Positions 9,422 through 18,237 of a DNA stretch of 64,000 nucleotides are shown piece by piece. Position 1 is the first letter of the stretch. Every line of letters begins with the position of its first letter. The notes under the pieces are model-generated. The model did no database searches and was not told where the DNA came from. It saw nothing but the letters and a program-made list of their open reading frames with translations. This stretch comes from Gammaproteobacteria bacterium (GTDB taxonomy: Bacteria > Pseudomonadota > Gammaproteobacteria > Eutrophobiales > Eutrophobiaceae): positions 864,001 to 928,000 of the forward strand of contig CBDCTH010000012.1 of the NCBI GenBank assembly GCA_965222155.1. Reading direction: 5' to 3'. A program made the position numbers and the translations under genes.

Positions 9422-10894
9422 TCAATACATCTCAAAATACTCCCTGTGCTCCCAATCCGTAACATGAGCCAGGAAACGAGCAATCTCGGCCCGCTTGATA
9501 TGCAGGAAATAATCGATGAACTGGTCGCCAAACCCGGCTCTCAGTACGCTTGATCCATCCAGCGCCTCGACCGCTTCCATCAGCGAACGGGGCATTGGCG
9601 GCTTGTCAACCTGCTGGTAGGGATCGCCTTTTACCGGCTCGCCCGGATCTGTCCTGTTTTGCATCCCGTCCATCCCGGCATAGATCTGCGATGCCATGTA
9701 CAGGTATGGGTTTGCCGCGGGTTCCCCCGTGCGGTTCTCAATACGGGTACTCGGTTCGGCGTAACCTCCGACCAGCCTGAGCATGGCCCCGCGGTTGTCA
9801 TGGGCCCAGAGAATGCGGTTCGGGGCAAGGGGGTTGGCATTGAGACGTTTGTAGCCGTTGATGGTCGGGTTGGAAAAAGCGCTTAGCGATGCACCGTGTT
9901 CGATCAGCCCGCCAATGTAGTGATAGCCGGTATCACTCAACAGGCTGCTGCCGCTGGTGAATGCATTAGCGCCAGTTTCCGTATTCCGTAATGACTGGTG
10001 CAGGTGCCACCCGCTTGAGTAGACGTTGGGCAGGGCGGGTTTTGCCATGAAGCTGGCCAGGAGCCCGTGACGCCGCATCAGGTGCTTGACGGCGGAGCGG
10101 AACAGCAGCAGGGAGTCGGCTGCTTTGAGGCCGGCCAGGGGATTGAACGTTACCTCGAACTGGCCGGGGCCCCATTCGGCTTCGATGGTGCGCAGGGGTA
10201 ATTCCAGTTTGACTGCCATATCCCGGATTATCTCGGTCACGTGAGCGACCCTGTCCATGGGATGTTCGGCGTGGTATTGAAAGCCGTGGCTGATTGCCCT
10301 CACTGCCGGCGGATCCGGCGGGTGTCCGGATTCGCTGAGCGACAATTTCTCATCCTCTATGACGAATACGTAGAACTCGAGTTCCAGGCCGACGATGTAA
10401 CTGTAGTTCAGCGCATTGAGCGCGTTACGCATTACCTGCCGGCAATCAAACGGAACGCGGGTCCGATCCTTCAGATAGAGGTCACAGATGATCCATGCCG
10501 TGTCCGGCGCCCAGGGGAGGATTTTAAAGGTCAGCGGGTCCGGAGCAAGCAGCATATCGCCGGCGCCCCCCATTTGCTCAACACCGAACCCGCCGTCTGC
10601 CTCGAACAGCGGGAAAACCGGCGTGTTTGATGTGTCTTTCCCCAGGTTGGAGAAGGTATCGGCCACACCGTTCTGCAAGGCCAGCAGAAAGTTGTCTACG
10701 CTTAACGATTTCCCCCGCATCAATCCGTGCTGGTCGCTGTAGACGACCCGTACCGTCGTGACGCCGTTCTCACTGATTAGTGCGGGCAGTTGTCCGGCGC
10801 GTTCCGATTGCGCATCATCCCATGCGCCGGCCTCGGCGATAAAACCGGCATGTCCGACGCTGATTTCGTGTGCACCCGTATTAGTCGAAGACAT
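9422..10894 (-). CDS. Glutamine synthetase-like gamma-glutamyl ligase (TdnQ/AtdA1-like)
   Basis: GLELEFY, EWGPGQFE, SGWHLHQSL, DNRGAMLR, RIENR. PDPLTFKILPWA and C-terminal VTDWEHREYF recall TdnQ. Confidence 0.9.
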   Translation of the reverse strand: MSSTNTGAHEISVGHAGFIAEAGAWDDAQSERAGQLPALISENGVTTVRVVYSDQHGLMRGKSLSVDNFLLALQNGVADTFSNLGKDTSNTPVFPLFEADGGFGVEQMGGAGDMLLAPDPLTFKILPWAPDTAWIICDLYLKDRTRVPFDCRQVMRNALNALNYSYIVGLELEFYVFVIEDEKLSLSESGHPPDPPAVRAISHGFQYHAEHPMDRVAHVTEIIRDMAVKLELPLRTIEAEWGPGQFEVTFNPLAGLKAADSLLLFRSAVKHLMRRHGLLASFMAKPALPNVYSSGWHLHQSLRNTETGANAFTSGSSLLSDTGYHYIGGLIEHGASLSAFSNPTINGYKRLNANPLAPNRILWAHDNRGAMLRLVGGYAEPSTRIENRTGEPAANPYLYMASQIYAGMDGMQNRTDPGEPVKGDPYQQVDKPPMPRSLMEAVEALDGSSVLRAGFGDQFIDYFLHIKRAEIARFLAHVTDWEHREYFEMY

Positions 10895-11038
10895 TCACTC
10901 CCCCTGTATGATGATTCATTAATGCACTGGGTTCTGGCTTGCGCCAGAACGACATGGTCGCCGGAATGACGAACAAAGCCGGAACAGCGCAGTCATAAGA
11001 TAATAGTAGTTTATCCGTTTCAGGGTTAGAATACGACC

Positions 11039-11947
11039 ATGAAACTCCCCCACGAACGATTTGATTATTCGGCCATGCCGCAGCGCGAGCCGGTCCGGTT
11101 TCCGAACGGAGAGCGGGTTGCTGTGTACCTGGTGGTCAACGTTGAAGAGTGGAATATAGAGAAGCCTGTCGCAAGGGAATACGTGACATCGCCGGCAGGG
11201 GTTGTCACCGTCCCCAACGTCCCCAACTGGTCCTGGCATGAATACGGTATGCGTGTGGGCATCTGGCGTGTCATGGAGGCCCTGGCAAAGCGCGGCCTTA
11301 AGGCTAACGCTGCCATCAATGCGCGGGTCTGCGAAGGCGCCGGCGAACCGGTCGCCAGGGCCATGCTGGGAGCAGGCTGGGACTTCATGGGGCACGGCTA
11401 TGCCCAGGCGCCCATGCATGTTGTTGAAAACCAGGAGGAGGTGATCAATAAATCCTTCGCCGTATTGCAGGATTACACCGGCAAGGCGCCAAAGGGCTGG
11501 CTGGGTCCCGGTCTGCATGAGACCCTGGACACACTGGATTACCTGGCCGCGGCCGGGTTCAAATTCGTCTGTGACTGGCCCATGGATGAACATCCCGCCA
11601 TCATGAAAACTGCTGCCGAGCCCATGATGGCAATGCCTTATTCCTTTGAACTCAGTGACTTGCCGATGATGGTCGTACACCAGCACCGATCGGAGGTGTG
11701 GCTGAAACGCGCTGTCGACCAGTTCGATCGGCTATACCAGGAAGGCTCGCAACAACCCAGAGTCATGTCAATGAGTGTCCATCCCTATATAATGGGCGTG
11801 CCGCATCGGATAAAATACTTCGAGGAAGCCCTGGATTACATGCTGGCGAAGAACGATGTATGGTTCGCGACGGCAGATGAACTGTATGACTATTTCAGTT
11901 TAAGTATTAACATTGATGTACAGGATAAACAGGATAAACAGGAATAA
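11039..11947 (+). CDS. Polysaccharide deacetylase / PuuE-like amidohydrolase
   Basis: NVEEW, WHEYGMRVGIWR, GWLGPGL and SVHPYIMG motifs. Confidence 0.85.
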   Translation: MKLPHERFDYSAMPQREPVRFPNGERVAVYLVVNVEEWNIEKPVAREYVTSPAGVVTVPNVPNWSWHEYGMRVGIWRVMEALAKRGLKANAAINARVCEGAGEPVARAMLGAGWDFMGHGYAQAPMHVVENQEEVINKSFAVLQDYTGKAPKGWLGPGLHETLDTLDYLAAAGFKFVCDWPMDEHPAIMKTAAEPMMAMPYSFELSDLPMMVVHQHRSEVWLKRAVDQFDRLYQEGSQQPRVMSMSVHPYIMGVPHRIKYFEEALDYMLAKNDVWFATADELYDYFSLSINIDVQDKQDKQE

Positions 11948-11987
11948 ATAATTCAAGAATCCTGTTTATCCTGTCCATCCATGTAAA
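11908..11987. repeat. 9-bp-periodic inverted repeat (CAGGATAAA)n / (ATCCTGTTT)n
   Basis: Visible palindrome overlapping the deacetylase C-terminus (QDKQDKQE). Confidence 0.75.
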
Positions 11988-12012
11988 CAATAACCATCAT
12001 GAAAGTAATAAT

Positions 12013-13212
12013 ATGAGTACGACCATTCCACAAGATAAGATATGGACGAGCGAGTTGAACAGGACGGACACTATCCTGTCCCGCTTCGACCGCAGCAAAC
12101 CTGTACATTTTTATGACACGACGTTGCGTGACGGGGAGCAATCCGTCGGCGTGTGTTTCAATCCGGAAGAAAAATTCAATATCGCCTGCAAGCTGAACGA
12201 ACTGGGAGTAGGCAGGATAGAATCAGGTTTTCCCCGGGTCTCCGCCGATGATACCCAGGCAGTAAAGCGCATCCTTGAGGCCGGTCTGGAGTCGGAGATA
12301 TGGGGTTTTTCCCGGGCCGTCAAGGCGGATATCGATGCACACATTGACCTGGGCACAGAGCACGTCCTGATTGAAATATCGACCAGCGACCTGAAGATTA
12401 AAGCCTATGGTTTTACCAGGGAAAGCGTTTTACAGCGGGTCACGGATGCGATCAAACATGCTAAGGATAACGGCATCAAGACGGTTAATTTTTTTGCCGT
12501 GGACTCGACCCGCAGTAACCTCGAATTCCTGCGGGACGTTTATTCAACCGCCATTGAGCATGGCGCTGATGAGGTGTCCGTCGTGGATACCATCGGTGTC
12601 TGTTCTCCGGAAGCGGTAGAGTGGCTGATCGGAGAAGTGAGCAGTTGGGTGGGTCCCGATATCCCCATCCACTGGCACGGCCATAATGATTTCGGTATGG
12701 CGACTGCCTCCGCGGTGGCCGCCGTGCGCGGCGGCGCCCGCTGGATCCAGGGCACGATTAACGGCATGGGCGAGCGCGCCGGCAATGCGGATATCTGTGA
12801 AGTGGCCCTGGCGCTGCAATGCCTGTATGACATGCCGGTGGAGCTGGATTTGAGCAAGGCAAGAGTGGCCTCACAGATTGTGCAACAAGCCGGTGGTTAC
12901 AACGTGGACGGCTGGAAACCCGTGGTCGGGGAATTCCTCTACACCCGGGAGAGCGGGGCGGTGGCGAACCAGTTCCATATCCCCCAGGCCATCGAACCCT
13001 ACTCCGCAGAGATCGTTGACGCTGAACGCCGGATTGTGCTGGGTAAAAAGAGTGGTTTATCCAACGTCAAGCTCAAGGGCGAGGAACTGGGACTGGATAT
13101 ACCGGAAGACAAGCGCGCCGGGGTACTGGCCCAGGTCAAGGACCTCGGCACGAAAAATGCCCGTCTCGTGACTGACGAGGAATTCAAGGACATCGTTGCC
13201 CGGGTTGTATAA
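12013..13212 (+). CDS. Homocitrate/isopropylmalate synthase-like DRE-TIM enzyme without regulatory domain
   Basis: DTTLRDGEQ, HGHNDFGMA, GMGERAGN and LGKKSG. Confidence 0.88.
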   Translation: MSTTIPQDKIWTSELNRTDTILSRFDRSKPVHFYDTTLRDGEQSVGVCFNPEEKFNIACKLNELGVGRIESGFPRVSADDTQAVKRILEAGLESEIWGFSRAVKADIDAHIDLGTEHVLIEISTSDLKIKAYGFTRESVLQRVTDAIKHAKDNGIKTVNFFAVDSTRSNLEFLRDVYSTAIEHGADEVSVVDTIGVCSPEAVEWLIGEVSSWVGPDIPIHWHGHNDFGMATASAVAAVRGGARWIQGTINGMGERAGNADICEVALALQCLYDMPVELDLSKARVASQIVQQAGGYNVDGWKPVVGEFLYTRESGAVANQFHIPQAIEPYSAEIVDAERRIVLGKKSGLSNVKLKGEELGLDIPEDKRAGVLAQVKDLGTKNARLVTDEEFKDIVARVV

Positions 13213-13233
13213 TCCGCAGATTACACAAATTTA

Positions 13234-13490
13234 TTTATCCGCAGATGACGCAGATTAACGCAGATTAAAAATAAGTCTTTTAAATTGTAGTTATTTAGTT
13301 CTGAAATTAATTAATAAACCCGGTTTAATCCAGAGGCTTTCAAATAGTTAATCAGTTAGGACTATTGGTAATTTGCCTCAAAAAACCTCATCAGAGTTCA
13401 TTGTGTACATTCAATAACGGACCGATAATTTTATATGTTTCCTGATCATTCATATTTTATCTGCGTTAATCTGCGTCATCTGCGGATAAA
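13234..13490. mobile_element. Perfect 32-bp inverted-repeat element enclosing a GxxExxY remnant
   Basis: TTTATCCGCAGATGACGCAGATTAACGCAGAT at 13234-13265 and its exact reverse complement at 13459-13490. Confidence 0.8.
13255..13453 (-). pseudogene. Internally deleted GxxExxY-family gene
   Basis: Reads MNDQETYKIIGPLLNVHNEL**GFL ... LINYLKASGL ... LLINF ... QFKRLIFNLR*, i.e. both termini of GxxExxY proteins with the middle missing. Confidence 0.75.
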
Positions 13491-13499
13491 ATAATTTAA

Positions 13500-14456
13500 A
13501 TGAAAGAGATCGAAAAAGTATGCGTCGTCGGCGCGGGCGCCATCGGCAGCCTGCTGGTCGGGCATCTGGGCGCTATCGTCGATATGGCAGTGCTCACGCG
13601 CCGGGAAGAGCACGCCAGTGCGCTGAATGAGGAAGGGTTGCGCGTCAGCGGTAAATCCGAATTACATGCCGACGTGCGCGCATCTACGGACGCGGCAGCT
13701 CTGGGCGAGGTTGACCTGGTCATCATTGCATCCAAGGCACTTGCCGTTGAGGCCTGCGCCGGGATGATTGAGGGTCATTTCCCCGGTGCCCACGTGTTTA
13801 TGATCCAGAACGGCCTGGGTTGTGAGGAAATGGTAAGCCGGTTTGGCGACTGGCCGATCATATCCGGTGTCACATTCATGAGCGGTACCCGGCACTCCGA
13901 CACGCACGTGGAATATGAGCTGGACACGGCCACCTGGATGGGCCCCTGGGCGGAAGGCAGCGCGACCTTTGCATACGTCAAACAGGTTGCGGCGCTCATT
14001 AATCGCTCCGGCCTGAAAGCGGATGCCTATGAGGATTTGCTGCCACACCAGTGGTCCAAACTGATCTTCAATTCGGCGGTAAACAGTATTTCGGCGTTGA
14101 CGGGCCTGCCCCACGTCAAGGACTTCGCGTTCCGGGACAACCTGGAGGACCTGGGCCACCTGGTCCATGCCATGATGGATGAGGCTAAACGTATCGCGGA
14201 AGCCCGGGGCGTGACGCTGGCAGATGACCCCTGGCTAATGAACGTCAACGCAGTGCGCCAGGGTAATACCAGCGGCGAGGAGTACGCCCACGTCCCCTCT
14301 ATGCTGGATGACGTGCGCAACAGACGCCCGACGGAAATAGACTGGATCACCGGTTCCATCGTGCGCGAGGCGAAGAAGGCGGGCATCCCTGCGCCGTACC
14401 ATGAGACCCTGTACCGGTTGGTCAAGGCTCATGAAACCAGCTATAGCGGAAGATGA
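13500..14456 (+). CDS. Ketopantoate reductase (PanE/ApbA) family protein 1
   Basis: GAGAIG, QNGLG, WSKLIFN, SMLDD and TEIDWITG. Confidence 0.88.
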   Translation: MKEIEKVCVVGAGAIGSLLVGHLGAIVDMAVLTRREEHASALNEEGLRVSGKSELHADVRASTDAAALGEVDLVIIASKALAVEACAGMIEGHFPGAHVFMIQNGLGCEEMVSRFGDWPIISGVTFMSGTRHSDTHVEYELDTATWMGPWAEGSATFAYVKQVAALINRSGLKADAYEDLLPHQWSKLIFNSAVNSISALTGLPHVKDFAFRDNLEDLGHLVHAMMDEAKRIAEARGVTLADDPWLMNVNAVRQGNTSGEEYAHVPSMLDDVRNRRPTEIDWITGSIVREAKKAGIPAPYHETLYRLVKAHETSYSGR

Positions 14457-14646
14457 TTTATCCGCAGATGACGCAGATACACGCAGATAAATTAATTTTG
14501 TTTCATAGAGCAGGGTAACTCCAATCCAATATCCGGAATTATCAAGGAATCACATTCGACTGCATTCCGTCCCTTGCTTACTACATGCAGGGACAAACAC
14601 ACATAAATTAAAAAATCTGCGGTAATCTGCGTAATCTGCGGATAAA
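14457..14646. repeat. Second element of the same 32-bp IR family, with a different interior
   Basis: TTTATCCGCAGATGACGCAGATACACGCAGAT ... ATCTGCGGTAATCTGCGTAATCTGCGGATAAA. Confidence 0.8.
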
Positions 14647-14692
14647 AATAATATAATCCTGCGTTTGCAGCAGGAACAGTCAGGAGGTATTA

Positions 14693-15622
14693 ATGAAGGT
14701 ATGTATCGTTGGTTGCGGTTCCATCGGCGGGTTGTACGGCGCTCACCTGGCCAGGCTGGATGACGTCGAGGTATGGGCGTTTGACCTGGCCCGCGACCAT
14801 GTGGACGCCATCAATACGCACGGTTTGCGCCTGACCGGGCTGAGTGACTTCGTTGCCAGCGTACATGCCCGGACGAAGGTTGAGGAAATCCCGGAATGCG
14901 AGTTCGGCATTATCGCAACAAAAACCATGTTCACCCGTTCTGCCATTGAAACAACCGCGCCGATTTTCCGGGACGGCGCAGTCTGCTCGGTACAGAACGG
15001 TATCGGCAACGAGGAAATAGTGGCGGAATACGTGCCGCGGGTGATACAGGGCACGATTTTTCCGGCAGGACATATCACCGCACCAGGAGTGGTCAACCAG
15101 GACGCCGGAGGCAAGACCTGGATAGGGCCATTTGCCGTCAACGCGGCCACCATGGAAGAGGTTGAACAACTGGCGGACGCCCTCACCCGCAGCGGCCTGG
15201 AATGCCTGGCCATGGAGGATGCCCGCGGGGCGCAATGGACCAAGCTGATATTCAACTCCGCCTCCAATGCCATGGCCGCCCTGACGTGCCTGCCCCACGG
15301 GGTGGCCTGTGACCAGGAAGGGGTGCGCAAGGTCATGTCGGTCCTGGTGAAGGAGGGCATGGCCGTGGCAGACGCCCTGGGGATTACCTTGGACAGTGAC
15401 CCGGAGGCGCTCATCGATTACGGCAGGGAAAAGGCCTATTACCACCCCCCCAGTATGCTGCAGGACGTGATGGCGCAAAGATTGACTGAAGTAGACGCCC
15501 TGAATGGAGGCATCGCCCGGCTCGGCCGGGAACTGGGTATCCCATGCCCCATGAACGAGGCCTGTGCCGCCATAATCAAGGGACTCGAGGCCTCCTGGAC
15601 GCTCGAATATCCGGAACATTGA
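14693..15622 (+). CDS. Ketopantoate reductase (PanE/ApbA) family protein 2
   Basis: GCGSIG, QNGIG, WTKLIFN, SMLQD and TEVDALNG. Confidence 0.88.
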   Translation: MKVCIVGCGSIGGLYGAHLARLDDVEVWAFDLARDHVDAINTHGLRLTGLSDFVASVHARTKVEEIPECEFGIIATKTMFTRSAIETTAPIFRDGAVCSVQNGIGNEEIVAEYVPRVIQGTIFPAGHITAPGVVNQDAGGKTWIGPFAVNAATMEEVEQLADALTRSGLECLAMEDARGAQWTKLIFNSASNAMAALTCLPHGVACDQEGVRKVMSVLVKEGMAVADALGITLDSDPEALIDYGREKAYYHPPSMLQDVMAQRLTEVDALNGGIARLGRELGIPCPMNEACAAIIKGLEASWTLEYPEH

Positions 15623-15649
15623 ACATGAATTTGGGGGCAGGGTAATGTT

Positions 15650-15819
15650 ACAGAGACAACAGAGACAATGGGGACGGATTTAAATCCGTCCCCGACATGC
15701 CGGGGATTGCAGAGACAATGGGGACGGACCCCCGCTTACAACATGCGGGGGCATGTTTAAATCCGTCCCCGGAATATCCGGGGTCAGAGTAAAAACTCGT
15801 GAGTTTTTACTCTGACCCC
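15650..15819. repeat. Cluster of GGGG(A/T)C-ended palindromes
   Basis: GGGGACGGATTTAAATCCGTCCCC twice (second copy interrupted), plus perfect GGGGTCAGAGTAAAAACTC/GAGTTTTTACTCTGACCCC at 15780-15819. Confidence 0.85.
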
Positions 15820-15857
15820 AAATAGTTCAAGACAAATATTTTTAGAGGAAATAACAA

Positions 15858-17012
15858 ATGACTGATTATATAAACCGTTTTCGACCCAGCCAGGCAGAGA
15901 TTGAGCGGCGTTACGCCAATGTGCGCGCGGCCATGGCAAAAGAAGGACTGGATGCGTTGGTGGTGAGCGGCAGCGAGTACACGGGGTTTGAGGGCGCAGT
16001 GCGTTATATGTGCGGGTTCGTGATCCTGCACCGCTACGCCTACGTGGTCATCCCCGCCGCCGGCGATCCCGTCTGTGTATTCCCCCGGGAAGCGACCTGG
16101 GTGGGGGACCATTCGGCCACCTTTATAGAGAAACGCGAATTCCCCGCCCATTGCGGTGAGTGGATAGCGGATTATTTGCAGGGTAAAGGAGTCAAAAAGC
16201 TGGGCATCTACGGTTTGCAGTACATTATCAACGTGCGTGATTATTCCGCCCTGGCGGCAAAGGACTTTGAGGTTATCGACTTTGAAATCCAGTTCGACTA
16301 TGCCCGTGCGCAGAAGAGCGAAGAGGAAATCGCCTCCGTGCGTCATTCCATGGAGATCAACAAGCAGGGAGTGCTTGATGTGTTCCGGGGCTACGAGCCG
16401 GGCAAAACGGAAGCGGAACTGATGGGTATCGCCGAGAATACCTTTGCCTCGGCCGGCTGCGCCAGGAATACCATGGACATGATCCAGATGGGGCCGAACG
16501 GTTCACTGGAGCCGCAGATGGTGTTCCCCACGAATCGTCCGGTACAGGACAGCGACGGCCTGATGTACGGCCTGGAGATCTCAGGTGAGGGCGGCCACTG
16601 GGTCGAGTTCTCCCGTCCGATGTTCCCCGCAGGCATGGATGATATCACCAGGGAAATGATGACGGCCTACCAGGAGTTCCATGAACTGGCGAAAGTGCAC
16701 ATGAAGGCCGGCAACACCGCCGAGGCAGCCAGCAACGCCTGCATGAAACCAATATTCGACCGCGGCTATCGCTCCGGCCACGTCTGCGGCCACTCCATCG
16801 GCATGACCATGATCGAGATGCCTAGAATAGGCGAAGGCTTCAACTTCGTCCTGCCGGAAAACATGGTCTGCTCCATGCACCCCCACTTCATGAACCAGGA
16901 ACGCACCCACTCGCTGTACTTCCAGGAAACCTACCGCGTAGGCAAGGACGGCGGCGAACCCATATCCGGAGTGCCGATCAAGGCCTACCAGGGAGGCGAG
17001 GAGTCTTTTTAA
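15858..17012 (+). CDS. M24 family (Xaa-Pro peptidase/creatinase-like) protein
   Basis: Creatinase-like N-terminus (GLDALVV), KSEEEI and GHSIGM; non-canonical metal ligands. Confidence 0.8.
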   Translation: MTDYINRFRPSQAEIERRYANVRAAMAKEGLDALVVSGSEYTGFEGAVRYMCGFVILHRYAYVVIPAAGDPVCVFPREATWVGDHSATFIEKREFPAHCGEWIADYLQGKGVKKLGIYGLQYIINVRDYSALAAKDFEVIDFEIQFDYARAQKSEEEIASVRHSMEINKQGVLDVFRGYEPGKTEAELMGIAENTFASAGCARNTMDMIQMGPNGSLEPQMVFPTNRPVQDSDGLMYGLEISGEGGHWVEFSRPMFPAGMDDITREMMTAYQEFHELAKVHMKAGNTAEAASNACMKPIFDRGYRSGHVCGHSIGMTMIEMPRIGEGFNFVLPENMVCSMHPHFMNQERTHSLYFQETYRVGKDGGEPISGVPIKAYQGGEESF

Positions 17013-17024
17013 TCAGGCGAAAAT

Positions 17025-17152
17025 CCAGGACGGAAATTCAGGGGGGAAATTCAGAGGAAATTCAGGACACCCATAAATTGTGGCTAATCAATGGGTGTCC
17101 TGAATTACTTTCCCATAAATTGTGGCTAATCAATGGGTGTCCTGAATTACTT
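17025..17152. repeat. AATTCAGGACACCCAT / ATGGGTGTCCTGAATT palindromic repeat cluster
   Basis: Inverted pair plus a direct duplication of its right part. Confidence 0.75.
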
Positions 17153-17254
17153 TTTCTTGTCTGATTACGCACTGATAATCCAAATATCACGAGAATCGAA
17201 TTCAAAAGTACGAATTATATTGATTTTCGTACTAAGTATTGCTATTCTTGCATC

Positions 17255-17459
17255 ATGGACGGAAAGGAATTCATCTGGTGCGTCAAGCGTTATGCAAGGA
17301 AGACAGGGCAAAAATGTCGTTACGACCCCAGACATGGTAAAGGAAGTCACGGTCGTCTTCATTTGGGCAACCGGCTTACGACTGTTCCGCGCAAAGAGTG
17401 GCAAAGGTCTTTTAGCGGCGATGTTGAAAGACCTTAATATCGATAAAGAGGATTTCTGA
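17255..17459 (+). pseudogene. hicA: HicA-like toxin, frameshifted
   Basis: GKGSH...TTVP in one frame continues as GKGLLAAMLKDLNI in another; shift near 17398. Confidence 0.7.
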
Positions 17460-17944
17460 TGTACTACGTTTATCCATGTGTTTTGACCCCGGAGGAAGGT
17501 GGCGGTTTCTACGTAACCTTCCCGGATGTGCCGGGGGCGCTTACCGGCGGCAAGGACCGGGGCGAGGCGCTGGCAATGGCTGAGGATGCATTGACGGCCG
17601 CGCTAGCAGGATATGTTCAAGAGCATTGGGACATTCCGGTACCGAGTGCGGCGGTGGACGGCCAGGAGCTTATTGCCGTTTCACCTGTCGTGGCTGCTAA
17701 ATTGGCACTTTACACGGCTATGCGCCGCCAAGGCATTACGAAAACCGCCTTGGCAAAACGTCTTGGTCTGAGCGAGTCTGCGGTCCGAAAGCTGGTCGAC
17801 CCCGATCATCGCTCTCATATCAGCGGCGTAGAGGCAGCATTACGGGCTGTGGGCAGAGGTCTTGTAATTGGGGACAGAATTTATTTGGAATCTGTTCCTC
17901 AGGAACGGTTATTCAGCCTGAAAACCGGCAGCCACAGCCACTGA
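17459..17944 (+). CDS. hicB: HicB-family antitoxin with C-terminal HTH
   Basis: FYVTFPDVPGALTGG...EALAMAEDAL followed by an XRE-like HTH. Confidence 0.88.
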   Translation: MYYVYPCVLTPEEGGGFYVTFPDVPGALTGGKDRGEALAMAEDALTAALAGYVQEHWDIPVPSAAVDGQELIAVSPVVAAKLALYTAMRRQGITKTALAKRLGLSESAVRKLVDPDHRSHISGVEAALRAVGRGLVIGDRIYLESVPQERLFSLKTGSHSH

Positions 17945-17979
17945 AGTTCAGTGCTTGATTACTGTATAATATTCTATCC

Positions 17980-18237
17980 ATGAACGTGAATGACATAAAA
18001 GAATACGCCCAGCGGGATTGGGCAAAGATTTCCGGGTTGGATCAAATCCATTGGAAGGAAAAATATCTGGGTCATGGCCCTGAAGCCGGTTGGCAGGCGT
18101 CTGCCGCGCTTCGGCAGCATATCAAATCCATTTGCCCGGAATGGCCGGATGCTTCACAGCGTGATGCAGATTTTCAACACCACGTACGCTTCAAACAACT
18201 CCTGGACCGGACCGCGCGTGGCCTCATACCTGGCTGA
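17980..18237 (+). CDS. Hypothetical protein, partner of the downstream nucleotidyltransferase
   Basis: 85-aa ORF overlapping the next gene; TATAAT upstream. Confidence 0.65.
   Translation: MNVNDIKEYAQRDWAKISGLDQIHWKEKYLGHGPEAGWQASAALRQHIKSICPEWPDASQRDADFQHHVRFKQLLDRTARGLIPG

Noticed and set aside
7856-10894. Duplicated gene segments as a diversity-generating retroelement TR/VR pair
   Set aside because: No reverse transcriptase in the window; differences are mostly synonymous and not adenine-specific
14690-15619. 309-aa antisense ORF mirroring the reductase (similar cases at 20765-21817 and 10919-11686)
   Set aside because: Shadow ORFs expected from GC-rich codon usage
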